A stretch of DNA of 63,690 bases, filler included, from Lenisia limosa (lineage: Eukaryota; Protista; Breviatea): assembly GCA_001655205.1 (NCBI GenBank). It is 13 parts of 13 records of this genome, joined end to end, with 100 filler letters (N's around TTAATTAATTAA, not from the genome) between each part and the next. Parts side by side here need not be neighbours in the genome. Positions count along the whole stretch, not along the records: positions 27,062 to 42,468 come from LPNZ01011542.1; positions 42,569 to 44,086 come from LPNZ01009734.1; positions 44,187 to 48,353 come from LPNZ01003990.1; positions 48,454 to 53,690 come from LPNZ01011532.1; positions 53,791 to 55,636 come from LPNZ01000023.1; 8 more parts are not named here. One strand, given 5' to 3'. Positions 40,201-53,852 of the stretch are shown in pieces (positions within the stretch are counted from its first letter, which is position 1; each line of letters begins with the position of its first letter). The position numbers and the translations under genes were made by a program. The notes beneath the pieces are model-generated. The model did no database searches. It was not told where the DNA came from and saw nothing but the letters and a program-made list of their open reading frames with translations.

Positions 40201-40719
40201 ATCAGTTTATCCATCTGATACACACACTCCACTCAAATATTCACCATCATAGGTACACGTTTCAAACTGATAGAGTATATGGTAGAGCGTTCACCCCCAC
40301 CAACTCTCTTTCTTTGAATTCACTCCAACTAGTGTCAGACTAAACAATCAGGAGAAGGGGAAGTCAAAATCCAGCAAGCACCCTATGGTATAGCATAGCT
40401 ACTATTTAATATTGTGTTTTCGGATTCAACGAAAATTAAATATTAGATATCCATTTAAGCATGCAATAATTGTTATCCTTGAAAAGTTGCCATTTAAGCA
40501 TGCAAAAACCATACAGGCAAATGATGCAAATTAAAATGGTTCCATCAGGTCAACAGAGTTTCCCATATTTATCACAATTACCAAACACGCCGCAAACAGC
40601 CAGGATGTAGTCGCCATACTCCAAAATACTCTTCATGGCTCCGTTGTAGAGCACTAGTGACTGCGGCTGAATGCATGAAAACCCAGAACTGGAAAGAAGG
40701 ATGTCATGCAGAGCATTTT

Positions 40720-42040
40720 CAATAAACAGACATTTGCTCTCTCATCAGGAGGACAGAGGAGAGACACTCCGAGGCAAGTGGAGAGGTTCTCGTGGTCCAT
40801 GCAGTTTGAGGGCTCTTTGATAATCTAAAAACGTAACCAAACAAATCTGTAAGCTTCCAAATCAACATAAAAGAATGCATCGAAAAGTAGGTCAAAGCGG
40901 AATGTATGTCAGCTGTTCAGCCAAATGCATACCTCCATGAAAAACTCCAATAAATAGTAAAACACAGCAGCATTGACATCAGGCACACGCTTAAGGCACT
41001 CTCTCAGCCGGGATATCAAGACGATGGCATCGGGAGTGGCCACTGGGGGTGAGGATTAAAACGTTTTTGGAGAATGCAATCAGATTCACCTGTAATATAT
41101 ATAGCAATGAGAAATAAACAATACAAATGTATCTGGCCGAAGCCGTCNNNNNNNNNNNNNNNNNNNNNNNNNNNNNNTAAAATAACCCAGATAGGCCTCC
41201 TAAATCCGTCTTATGCCACAGATTCAGGAGGTGCCAGAGAGTAAGAATTGCAGACATCAAAGGCGTTATAGAAGAATATTATCGTAAATATTGATAAATG
41301 ATATCGTTAATTTCTTGAGGGATTGCAAGATTATATCCACTAGTATTGAGGGTTCGGATAAGACGAGCAGCGTAATTTTGGTTTAATTTACCACAAAACT
41401 AACAAGGAACATACCACATTCAGCAGCCATTTCCTTCGAAATTGCGGTTGTCAGGACACAGTCGGGTAAGTCACGGAGCCATTGCTTAATCAAAGACGCA
41501 AGGGTTGCGGGGTCATGGTTCTTTGGTTTAATGGAAATCGTGAATTCTGGGAATGTGATTTCTAGTGGCAAATAACTCAGCTCCTATATACGGCATAATA
41601 AATATTGCGAATATTAACAAATTATAGCGCTTATTTCTCATTCTTCAATTATACCTCAACCGCAATGGATAGCAAGAGAGTAGAGTGGTGGCTGTCACGG
41701 TTTTTCATCCCCATACTTTTGTTCAGTTCTTGTACACATTTGTTAATCACTGCGGCGTTTCCAGGAATCCTGAACAGGCCCTCAGTCTTATAGGCTTCTA
41801 CAGGAAGGTTAGATCAATAACTCCATACCAATGCCTCTCAGATAAGTGACCAGTTCAACGATCGGTTGTGGTACTCCCGGCTGGGTAACCGATTTAGCGT
41901 TGCTTTCAACCTGTCACGTTAGATTGCGGTTCAAACAGTCTCAATTCATTATTATATCAAAAGCAATTCAAGAACGGAAAGAAGCCTACTTCATCTAATG
42001 GACTGGCAAAGAAGCTGATTTTCGTTTTCTTCTTGCCCAT
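40720..42040 (-). CDS. RhoGAP domain protein (N-terminal part)
   Basis: MGKKKTKISFFASPLDE|...GVPQPIVELVTYLRG|...KTEGLFRIPGNA (arginine finger)...DPATLASLIKQWLRDLPDCVLT...|MDHENLSTCLGVSLL. Confidence 0.9.
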
Positions 42041-42976
42041 CCTGGCTTCAATCTCTCTTTAATTATTTCGAAATTATTTTTTATTCTTAGAAGAAAGCTG
42101 TTGAATGCACAAGATTTCAAACTGAGAGTTTACTTTTATATAGGTTTAACATGGGACTACATCGCTGCTAAATAAACTCCTTGGCATCAGCCCACGGATC
42201 CCTGGCGATCTTTAACTCTTCACATGCCTCTTCAGGTGCTCCCATCTCGAAAAGTCGAAGAGTTAGTTGAGAGTTAGTGAAAGTTGTGAAGTTGTGCAGT
42301 TGTGCAAGGGGCCTCCGCTCCTGGAATATTGTACTTCACCATGCTCCGGTTGAAATGTTGAAATCGGAGTTAGACCTGCCGGCGAACAGGGAGTTGGAAT
42401 CCACTCAACTTCAGTAAGGGTTGAAAAGTTACGGCTGCTCAACTTGGGCCATTTTTTCTGTGTGTAATNNNNNNNNNNNNNNNNNNNNNNNNNNNNNNNN
42501 NNNNNNNNNNNNTTAATTAATTAANNNNNNNNNNNNNNNNNNNNNNNNNNNNNNNNNNNNNNNNNNNNAATTATGTGTGTGTGAGAAACAAAAACAAAAG
42601 AAGCCCGAAATAAACTCTTTTGGCTTGAAACAGAGTAGATAGGAGGGAGGGGAGTTTAAAACCATACTTACGAGTCACTTTGATTCGGCGCTTGGTGCTG
42701 CTTTTAAGGTCTAAAAAGATTAAAGGACAAGATAGAAGATTGAGATGATGGTAAAGGGATGATGAAAACGGTAGTGGTGACAAGATGTGATGATGATAAG
42801 ATAGAGATGATGAATATGATAACAATTAATAACAATTACTATTTCAATTAGATGATATCATATATACATGTATATAATACATCATATCTACCCCCCCCCC
42901 NNNNNNNNNNNNNNNNNNNNNNNNNNNNNNNNNNNNNNNNNNNNNNNNNNNNNNNNNNNNNNNNNNNNNNNNNNNN

Positions 42977-43592
42977 NGCCTCCTCGACCTTTCCGCCCTC
43001 TTCTCCGCCCATTCTTTCTTCTGCGGGTGGTGGTGGTCAAAGTGGAGTATTTGTGAAATAAAAAGAGCCCGAAATGAAAACAACTATGTTGGGGGAGGGG
43101 GGAGTAAAATTGGAAAAATTTTGAAACAAAAAATGCCCGAAATAAACTCTGTTGGCTAGCAACACACGAGGGTTGATAACATCAAAACAAACAAAACCCA
43201 AGCCAGTCGCTTCTGCAGTAAGTAAAATTGGAATTTTAATGAAACAAACAAGAGAAAAATTGGTTGCATTAGTCCGAAGTGCAGGGCAGGCATTTATTGA
43301 GAATCCTTTTTGGAACCATTGAGAAGTAGGATTTCACTTCGGTTCGAAAAATAATAGTAAAAAATCGATAGTTTTCGAAGATTTGTCGAAAAATTGTCTT
43401 TCTTCGAACCGAAGTGAAGCCCGATTGGGAAGCCTTAACATACCTGACGTCTCCGTTGTTTGGCCTCTTCAACTGTTTCATCTTCCATTTCTTCTTCCTC
43501 TTCCACCTCTTCTTCTTCTTCTTCTTCCTCCTCCTCCTCCTCCATTTCCTCTTCTTCATCCCCGGAGGCCTGGTTTTGCTTTTCTTGTTCTA
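42977..43592 (-). CDS. Exons of an acidic/basic low-complexity protein (IEQEKQNQASGDEEEEMEEE...AKQRRRQ; KKEWAEKRAERSRR)
   Basis: Open frames with AG/GT boundaries; no domain recognised. Confidence 0.5.
43090..43217 (-). repeat. Repeat family A (~130 bp, no TIR), representative copy; other full or partial copies near 17861, 18763, 19120, 21495, 25175, 26810, 38858, 42590, 46087, 48210, 48610, 52805, 55280, 56612, 58828
   Basis: Consensus by eye: GGTGCTGCAGAAGCGACTGGCCTGGGTTTTGTTTGTTTTGTTGTTATCAACCCTTGTGTGTTGTCAGCCAACAGAGTTGATTTCGGGCTTTTTTTGTTTCATAAATTTTCCAATTTTACTCCCCCC. Confidence 0.9.
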
Positions 43593-44213
43593 TCTTTGCA
43601 ATAACACACCCTGAGAAAGTGAGAAAAATGGGAGAAAAAGAAAAAAATATACTATNNNNNNNNNNNNNNNNNNNNNNNNNNNNNNNNNNNNNNNNNNNNN
43701 NNNNNNNNNNNNNNNNNNNNNNNNNNNNNNNNNNNNNNNNNNNNNNNNNNNNNNNNNNNNNNNNNNNNNNNTAGTGCCTCTTTTCCTCTGTAAAATAAGG
43801 TGTGCTTAGTTTATGGAGACAATTTCTCGACAAATCTTCGAAAACTATCGATATTTATGGTATTTTTCGAAACGAAGTGGTGTCCTACTTCCCAATGGTG
43901 GGTGTGTTGATGGAGAACGGGGGGGATGATTATTTTAGTTATAGATTATAGCAGGGTTTCGAATGGGAAAGTTGTCTCGGATATCCGAAGCACGCTGTTC
44001 TTTTTGTGATTGTTGTGACAATTACTGCAAATAATGGCGTATATTAATAATAATAGTGATTGACAAGTTTGTATCTGGCCGAAGCCNNNNNNNNNNNNNN
44101 NNNNNNNNNNNNNNNNNNNNNNNNNNNNNNTTAATTAATTAANNNNNNNNNNNNNNNNNNNNNNNNNNNNNNNNNNNNNNNNNNNNACAATGTTCCATTT
44201 TCACTACCCTGCA

Positions 44214-47200
44214 GACACCTTCGAATGCCACGTCAATTAACGTGATTGCTATCGACAAACTGCGTGAGTCCGCATCGATGCAGGTTGGTGTCGCTTTCCA
44301 CACATGTGAACTCTAATTTTCCATGTAGTGATCTCTAGTATAATAATTCACATAATGGTTATGATTGGAAAATTTATTGCACCATGTGAAGAGATATATT
44401 TTAATGTAAAATCAATTTCACACACTTTAATTTCAAATTTTTCAAATAATTTCATCAAAAAATTGATTGCAAAATAGTTCTACAAGCAAGATACAAATTA
44501 TACAGGTGTATCAAAGAATGGTTACCCCAAAAAGTCAAATTTCAGGTATTTCGAGTACCCTTCGATGTCACAGTTCCAACCACGAAACCGCTCCCAATGA
44601 CGTCACCAAATATCCCTCTTATTTTTGGTGGTGGAAACTATCCGCAAGCTGAGGTAAGAACCGGCCTCATTATGATGAGAGCTTATGGTGGTTCAGTTGA
44701 TTATGCATATCATGGACAAATTGTTAAGGTAGTCTAATTCGTTATAATTTCGTTAGGTTTAAATTTTTTAATTTTTCTGCAAAAATCAATTATTTCGATT
44801 TTAGCGGTTATTTAGATTGTCTAAGATAGTTCAGCGATCTTTTTTGACCGAAGTGAAGCCCTACTCGTAGTTCAAATTTATGATAAGAGTTTATTTTTGA
44901 TTAAAAATTCTCGTATGTCGAAGCTCTAGTGATACCAAACTGTGATATAAGAATTCTCTACGGTCCCAAAATGCCTAATTTTTTCGACAAATCATCAATT
45001 GTGTTGATAGTTTTATTTGTATTTTTCGAGAGATTATCAATCTTTTTCAGACTGACGTCCTGTTGAAACTGTTGACTCACACAATTCCTAGCTCTGGATG
45101 AACCTCATAGGGACAACTACTACCTATAATTTGAATTGTCGAGAATTAAATAACTTGTCAAGGTGGAGGGGGTGCAAGTATCGTATGAAAGTGGAGGAGG
45201 GTNNNNNNNNNNNNNNNNNNNNNNNNNNNNNNNNNNNNNNNNNNNNNNNNNNNNNNNNNNNNNNNNNNNNNNNNNNNNNNNNNNNNNNNNNNNNNNNNNN
45301 NATATGGACCAACTCTCCAATATTCCCCCAGTAGAATTGTAATATTCAAAAGAGGTCTCATATTCCCCCAGAACCTGCAATAACACTTCGATTCTGGCGA
45401 TAGACGAAACCTTCTCAGTCGACCCAACGATTCTGCAGTATGGGCGCCATACAGGGGCCTACGCTCGTGAAGTGGGTTGGTCAATTTTGCACGTCGGTTG
45501 ACTTGGGTTTCTTATAAACATATTGGGATTTTCAAATAGTAATACATGTGGAATCCCGATTCGATGCGCTGTAGTGCAGCGTTTGAGCTGTCCGATTTGG
45601 AAGTTGCCCAATGTGGAAGGTTGGTACTTACCCTTTTAGGAAATTTTCTCCGTGACTTTTCCGGTGCAATTTGCTGCAATTCCCGTTGTTGATGTGCAGA
45701 CTCAGGAAGTGGACGGAAATGGCTTGACATATTGCGGTTCGTGATGATCTTTTCTTGCATCATCATTATTCAAATATTTTGGATGGTATTGACATTTGGC
45801 CCCAATCAAAACAATTGCTTTCATAACACAAATGTAATATTTACAGCTTCTCTACTGTCCCCAAAAAGACTTATTTTCTCGATATTTCCTCGATAAATAT
45901 TGATATTTGACCAGCCTTGACTAGAATCTCTAATATTACTAGATAGATCATTTAGATCATGACTAATTCGACCCCCATCATTTGACACCGCTACAACTCC
46001 ATTCCCTCATCCCCTTTTTTCATAATCCCCCCATTCATTATTCCCCTGTTATTCCCCCACCCATGTACGCTGGAGTGATGGGATGCGGTGCTGCAGTGGC
46101 GACTGGTCAGGGCTTTGTTTTGTTGTTATCAACCCTTGTGTGTTGTCAGCCAACAGATTTTTTTTATTCAAAATTTTTTCAATTTTACTCNNNNNNNNNN
46201 NNNNNNNNNNNNNNNNNNNNNNNNNNNNNNNNNNNNNNNNNNNNNNNNNNNNNNNNNNNNNNNNNNNNNNTGCGGCTACACCGCAGGTAAGACGCTGTGT
46301 AGACTGCGATTCTGTTTTGGCTATAGTTGTGGTTTATCCGAGTCAGTTTCTGGGTTGGTACCCTGTTAAAAGATATCATATATTAAAGCAGGGTGCCAAC
46401 CCAGAAACTGGTTCGAATAAACCACAACTAGAGCCAAAACCGAGCGTAACCTGCGTGATTTTTATTTACTTTTATAAAAGCCGTTGTGTTGGAAGCAAGA
46501 ATGTTGTTGCTATCATACTGACCAAAATCTGCAATTTTCAAACCGTTGTTAAGATGACTTTACCAACACTTTCTGTTCGAATGTCCATGACAATTTTCTG
46601 GATTGGCACCCTGTTCACCTTTCTCATTAGGCAAAATAACGTTTTCCAGAGTAAAAGATCAGTTCACTCTCTGTATTTAAAATTTTTGAATAATCGCGGA
46701 CCCCAACATTAGGAGCAAGTTTGAAATTCTGAGTTAAGGATGGCCAGGGATCCCACTAATATAAGCATAGTCCGCACTCAATGTGATAGTGTCGTAATTT
46801 TATGATGGTATTCTGACACGTATAGACACGACAAACATTCAGAACAGCATCAATTGGCTGGCTATTCTCCCAGGAACCCATTATCTCTGAGCTTTTTTTT
46901 GGCTTTATGTTAAGTGTGTGGAAAAATGTACTTGATCGCCGAAGGGTGAACACGGAGTTTATGAAGTTTGACAAATGATTGGTGAATTATGATGCGGAGG
47001 CTTGGAACGTTGTTTGTACAGAGGCGTATCGACGGTTTCCCATGGTTATAAGGAATCCAAAAATACCAACAAACTTGGGATTCCCGATATACTATATATC
47101 TATGAATATAATATGTACAGTATATCCCTCTGAGCCAGCCAGAGCCTCCCTTGGTGCAAGCGATCGTCGGGAGCAAGGTAGTAATGAAACAAAATAGGGA

Positions 47201-47380
47201 ATCTTATAATTTTATCGATCGCCCCACCAGAAATGGTTGATATTGTGCCTTCTGTGGATGTTTGCTTAGATGACCGCAATGGCAGGGTACCCACAGCTAC
47301 AATTCCCAATGGGAAGAGACCCGCTCAGTCTGTCAAATCGGTCATTCAAACGTCGGCGTTAAAATTATTTGTAGGGTACT
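44214..47380 (+). CDS. Hypothetical multi-exon gene fragment(s)
   Basis: Open exons such as CIKEWLPQKVKFQVFRVPFDV...GQIVK|, EIFSVTFPVQFAAIPVVDVQTQEVDG and LSIAPPEMVDIVPSVDV. Order and identity are unresolved. Confidence 0.35.
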
Positions 47381-49173
47381 AGGTTAGACCCATTAGGGCT
47401 GTACAGGAGATTTACTGTATAATCCTCACATCATATACATTAGTTTAAAATTTCCAACTTCTCGATATCCCCCCCGCCTACATTCTTCTTCTGGAAAGCC
47501 GAAGAAATGTGCTCCCAAGTAGATGTGCCGTGCACTCACCCTCAAAATGGTAGTAGCAAAATGATTGTAGCAAAATCACATTAGCACTTCGTCGCAGTGC
47601 CTATTCTTGATAATTAATCATCCGAAACAACTTTTCCATTCTCTACGCGCATCGACTTGGGATTCCCTATAATAATATAATATGCAAAACATGATAAAAG
47701 TTCCGGCCATCATTCAAAATTCACCGGACATCAAAACTCCCGGACAGCTTGAAGTTGACTCCTTGTAGAGGCCATTATTAGTGATTTTTGAATAGAAAAT
47801 GTCAACAATCCATGAATTTGGTCTCCCGGAGTCCCCCTTTTGCCTTTTCACAGGATTTTCTTTAAAAAACTTAATCTTTTAAGTTGAGAAACAAAAAATT
47901 GTACCACTCGGAGTAATTGGTTCCGGGTTCCTCTTTGCTTTGGCTATTTGGTGAATTTTGGAGAAAAAATGCTCAAAATAGCACTCTCTGCAAGGGAAAA
48001 CTTTCCCGGATAGTGCCATATATTCCAGTATTAGGGCATAAGTAGAGAGCTTAGACACTTAGTTTGGTTTTGATCCAACAATAGCACATACTATATTTAG
48101 TACATAGATGGAGGACCTTAGATAACCTAGTTATATCTATTAATGCTGGGGACCTGAAGTTACATAAATGCTTGGGGTTGAGGGGTCGTTGCCGTAGGAA
48201 CCGGAACCTGGGGGAGTAAAACTGGAAATTTATGAAAAGAAAAAAAACAAATACTCTTCATGATATTATATAAAAACAATATATACTGCCATTACACCCC
48301 CCTTCCCCACGGTTGCGGCCGGTTTGGCCCCGAATCGATTGATAGTGTCCACANNNNNNNNNNNNNNNNNNNNNNNNNNNNNNNNNNNNNNNNNNNNTTA
48401 ATTAATTAANNNNNNNNNNNNNNNNNNNNNNNNNNNNNNNNNNNNNNNNNNNNCTTTATCTATGTGTAATAATATTTGATATATACTATCAGGTGAAAAG
48501 CAACAGTTGGCATGATTATAGTTTTTCAGATTGGAATTCATATTACTCTCTGTGCTTGAATTTGTCAGAAAGGAATCAGAATTCTTTTGTTTCAATATTA
48601 TTCAAGGATTGTTTTGTTTCAGAAGCCTATTTTTTAACAACAGAGTTGATTTTCGGGTGTAATTTCCGGGTATGTTTTTTACCCACCTCCCAGAGATACC
48701 CCCCCAGTCCACCACAACCNNNNNNNNNNNNNNNNNNNNNNNNNNNNNNNNNNNNNNNNNNNNNNNNNNNNNNNNNNNNNNNNNNNNNNNNNNNNNNNNN
48801 NNNNNNNNNNNNNNNNNNNNNNNNNNNNNNNNNNNNNNNNNNNNNNNNNNNNNNNNNNNNNNNNNNNNNNNNNNNNNTAAATATATTGTGATAAGTATCA
48901 CTTTTATTGTTTCTATGACCCCAAGCGATTATTAATATTTGAACGTATGAAGATGGCTATTTCCATGCTGATTTTAAAGGGGAGAATATAAGTTCAGCTC
49001 AGAACGTTAGAAAACCCCGTTAATACCCCAAGCGCTTCACTCGATCTCAAAAAATAACTGAATTTCACTCTCAATAAGTCATGTATTTCTCAAAAATAAC
49101 TGAATTTCTCAATAAAGATATTTTACTGATCTTTCCCGAACTGACTTGCCACATACAAGCGTCACTCACCACT

Positions 49174-52100
49174 GCAGATATTCCTCCTAGGCGGTCGAGT
49201 CGGCAGCGTACTGGCTTGTAGGGCTCTTCTCAAGTCCCATTATGTAGGGGNNNNNNNNNNNNNNNNNNNNNNNNNNNNNNNNNNNNNNNNNNNNNNNNNN
49301 NNNNNNNNNNNNNNNCATACTCATTAGGAGACTCTGAAACCATCATTTAGAGTGCCCTTTTTGTTTCTGTTATACATTCGCTGGTTTGATCTTCCGCCAA
49401 CAGCACAACATTTTTACAATAAATGTGGGGATTTCGTTAAGGTATACGTAGCAACATTGATCAAAAGAGTGGAAGCCTTGTCTGACAATTGGCGACTATT
49501 AGCATCTGAATGATTCTCACAATGTCCAGGAGATCCAACCCCCCACTGTTGAAGGAGTGTACAACGTGTTCTTCTCCTCAGACCCTGAGGTTGGGCGTTT
49601 TGCATTGCTGATTATATTGTTGCTAATTATTGTGGGGTACAACTGAGTGCGAAGCTCTTGAGTTCGTGTTATTGTGAATATTCCGCCTCTTCTGGAATGA
49701 GATGAAATAATGGGGCTTTTTGGTTTTTCTGGTGATGGTGTTAACTCTTCATTCCATTTCCACATTCCTTTTTTTCTTTTTTCAGATGCCTCATGATATT
49801 AATCAGATGCCCCATTATATTAATCAGATGCCCATGATATTAATCAGTTGCCTCATGATATTTAGCTGAACTTCATATCAACACATCTCCTTCATTCTTC
49901 ATACATGACCTTCCAGGCCTCCAGGATTGAACCGCTTCTGCTGCCAACATTCAAAAACATACCGCCCACTCAGGTTAGGCCTTCATAGTTGCTTGTGTTA
50001 GGTGCACCATTTCACCCAGCTCTTTTTGCTACTCATATTTTAATAGTCATGGGAAAGTGTATTCCAAGTTGTTATGTCTTACATACATTTTTCGAAAAAA
50101 AACGTGAATATCGGGTTTGATCAAGGATTTAGAATACGTGGGCAATTTTCTTTCAATTGTATCCCCACGTGTTTGATATATTAAAGGTGGCCGAATCGGA
50201 CAAGAAGAAGAAAAGTAGCAAGAAGAGCAAATCAAAGAAGAGCAGGGATAAGGAAGACGAAGACGAGGAGGAATCTCAAATTACCAAGGGTGGGGGAGAG
50301 CATCACATTGCTATAAGCATATCTTTAACCTGGTGTATTTTTGACCACACAGCTTATCTTGCCGATACACTCAGTGCACATCCTGAGCTCTTCCCTGAAG
50401 CATCCAGTGACACATCCTCACTAAATGCCCCATGTAAGAACGCCCTACTTGTCCCTTCTCCTTCGCCAACTGTCAACCAAAGTCCTAGCCTGGTTGCCAG
50501 GTCCACCCAGGGGGTCAGCCAGTCCAATTTGGGTAGGCCTGTTCAAGTGTCTCCCTCCTCCCACATGCGCTCTTTCTTATCGAGTTGTTTTTTTTTTNNN
50601 NNNNNNNNNNNNNNNNNNNNNNNNNNNNNNNNNNNNNNNNNNNNNNNNNNNNNNNNNNNNNNNNNNNNNNNNNNNNNNNNNNNNNNNNNNNNNNNNNNNN
50701 NNNNNNNNNNNNNNNNNNNNNNNNNNNNNNNNNNNNNNNNNNNNNNNNNNNNNNNNNNNNNNNNNNNNNNNNNNNNNNNNNNNNNNNNNNNNNNNNNNNN
50801 NNNNNNNNNNNNNNNNNNNNNNNNNNNNNNNNNNNNNNNNNNNNNNNNNNNTATATAAAAGGAGCTAAATTCAGCTGATTAATATGTTCTTCTTTTTAGT
50901 TTTATCTTTCCAGTTGAATTCATTGCAACGTTCATGCTTTAGGCCCCCAAAACATTCGATACTTTATCATCTGAAGTGCAATCAATTGTTGCCCATGCTG
51001 CGTATTGGTGGGTCTCTCAAATAGATCCTTATCATATCATATAATCAAACTGAGAAACATATGAGACACTTATCATACCATATCATCAGTAGGTAGCCTC
51101 CCTACGGTCCGAAAAAGACCGTTAAAAATCGATGAGTTTTTGGGCCCTATCATCACTCTCAAATAATGCCCTTACCATGTCTGTTGTCTCCAGAAAATTT
51201 ACTTCTTTCATTTCCCAGGGAGTCCCACGATATCTGTTCCTTCATTGCGTTCAATTTAGACAGTATCCAAAGTGAGTATGGTTTGAGCAATAATGCACTT
51301 TGTGCAAAAAACCAATTTCAATTTGTGAGACTATCTTGGTTAAAGCAAACACAGATACTCATTGCATAAACCTTGAGTTTTTTCTCATGGGCTTTACAGT
51401 GCCGTTGTTCTCACTCAAATTTAGACTACTACGATAATGAAGAGGAATGCAACCTTTTGAGAGTTGGTCACACTGTTACCTCTTGACATATAGAGCTGGG
51501 GCTTTACCCCAGGCTGAAAAGAATAAAATATTGATATTGAGACTTTTTTTGTTCGTACCAAAGTAAAGCCCTATAGCTTGTGCATCCATTTTCTTTTTCT
51601 TTTTCATTAATGTATTACGATTATTGCATACTTTTACTGCTTGATTTGACATTTTAGTTCTACACACGCACCACACCCTTCCAGCCCAACACGTCATCAA
51701 AACGAGCCAAGTTCAGGCGAAGCAAGAAAACGAGGCTCTTCACGCTTGCAATGGGCAAACCCAAACATCGGTTAGTGCTCCAACTTGAACGTTTTTATGT
51801 GTCCCAATTCCATCCATGCATATATTATGTATATATAGATATACATATCATATCTATTTTTTTTTATGTTTTTCAGTGTCCCAATAACAATATTAGGGCA
51901 TTGGACCTAGTGACCACCCCTGACCAAGTCGAACGTTTCGTCATTGCCAAGGTAGGGGCCTTGTGTAATTGAGTTGGTAGTATGTTATCTCTTTATGAGC
52001 GACATTTATTTATAATATGTACTAGCTAAATATGAAGAAAACCATTGCCCATCATAACATATTATACTCTAATCCAATATCTCTTATAAACGTGATGGTG

Positions 52101-53582
52101 TGGACGGCTNNNNNNNNNNNNNNNNNNNNNNNNNNNNNNNNNNNNNNNNNNNNNNNNNNNNNNNNNNNNNNNNNNNNNNNNNNNNNNNNNNNNNNNNNNN
52201 NNATACCACATCCCCTCACCTACAACATCACGCTTCTTTGGGGGGGCAAGAAAATTGATAAAATGAAGCCCGGGATACGAAATGATACATAGGAATACCA
52301 TGAACGGCTATTAATTTTTGAAGTAATTGACACAATTAGAACTTAAAGTGTCTGGAATAGGGTTCTCGTTACAATATGTCCCGTCAAATCTTGATTAATT
52401 TTCAATTATTTGCACGGAGCCCTATTGGAAACACAACTCCAACTACTCCCATTAACGCAGTTTAGTTTGCATACGGCAAAGTGGGCAAGGATCTGAAGCG
52501 ACAGGAGGTTGAGGTCTGGTGCCTCGAAAGTCCCCAGGGTAGGTGGGCTATTTTCCTTGGGAAATCACATATGTACAGTGACCGGGATAAGTCTTGACCA
52601 ATTTTCCTTGGGAAATGAAAACACAGCAAATTGGCCAAGACTTATTCTGGTTATTGTATAATATATGCGGGGAGGGGGATATGTATGTAGTACGTACGTA
52701 TTTAGGCGGTTACAAGTCAAAATGAAGAAGGCATTTGCGGTAACCAAAGTAATCAATGTAATAAGAAGCAAAGAAGTAAATATAAATTGGCATGAGATAC
52801 TGCGGAGGGGAGGGGGAGTAAAGTTGGTAAATTAATGAAACAAAAAAAGCCCAAGATCTATATATACATATGATATGTCTATGGTGAAGAGGAGGAGTAG
52901 TAGGGTTTGAATACTGGGGGAAAGGGCAATCAAAAAAACGTATTTAACCTTTTGTTTTTATCATGAAATAAAGACTTTTGTCTGAATTTTTTGTTTTCTA
53001 AAAAAAAACTAGGATGTGCAATAAGTGTTCTTTGCTGTGTTTTAACCTTTGGTTGTTCCATTTCCACATGATGATATCCCCGCCCTTCAGCCCCTTGGAA
53101 AATGATGGGAACAATGGAAACATCGAGGAAACGCGGCAGAGTAAAGATCATCCAAGGTGTCAAGGTGGGGGTGCATGGGAAAGAAATGTGAGAGTTTGGG
53201 CTTCTTTCATGCTGAAGAATCATCTTATATTGAGGGTTCTTGAGGATATTCACTGTGACCGCGATAAGCCTGACACGAGTAACTAAAGACCAAGCCCAAT
53301 GTCCGTGTCAGTACTTTTGCGGTCAGTATATATCATATTGACGCATTAAGACCTAAATCATGTTCAATACTTCTGTTCTCTCAATGTGTTAGCTTACTGC
53401 CATCGAAAATTGGCTTTTGAATGGTAACAGTTTAGACATATTGCCAATATCCTGAGGTGTTTTTATCATGTAGCATGTCTCCCTGTTTACTCCCTCAGGA
53501 TGAGGCAGGGCGGATCTTCTATCCCCTGACAGACAAGCAGTTCAGCACCCCAGGTGTATACCCTTTTAGGTTCCTTGTTAAG
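49174..53582 (+). CDS. RdgB/Nir (PITPNM)-like protein with DDHD and LNS2-proximal domains, partial
   Basis: IFLLGGRVGSVLACRALL; GVYNVFFSSDPE|ASRIEPLLLPTFKNIPPTQ (DDHD motif); DLKRQEVEVWCLESPQG; DEAGRIFYPLTDKQFSTPGVYPFRFLVK. These are colinear with remembered Nir-protein motifs (VYNLFHPADPSASRLEPLL; SGRV.Y.IP....GVGVYP.KMVVRGD). Confidence 0.75.
49783..49862. repeat. ~21-bp intronic minisatellite x4 (TCAGATGCCTCATGATATTAA)
   Basis: Directly visible. Confidence 0.85.
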
Positions 53583-53852
53583 GTGAGGGGTACAAATTAT
53601 CCTTTTTAACCCTCAGAAAGATGAAAAATTTAAGCAACATATTTTTTATTATTTTTTAAAAAAAAATTGCAATTTACCCCCCCCCCCCCCNNNNNNNNNN
53701 NNNNNNNNNNNNNNNNNNNNNNNNNNNNNNNNNNTTAATTAATTAANNNNNNNNNNNNNNNNNNNNNNNNNNNNNNNNNNNNNNNNNNNNTACTAATCAT
53801 AAATCGAATAATCTGAAAGTTGAAGATTCACCAGTACATCATAACAATCTAG

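Noticed and set aside
51878-51952. CPNNNIRALDL as a leucine-rich repeat
   Set aside because: Single occurrence, and its position fits the DDHD-to-LNS2 linker of Nir-like proteins better.
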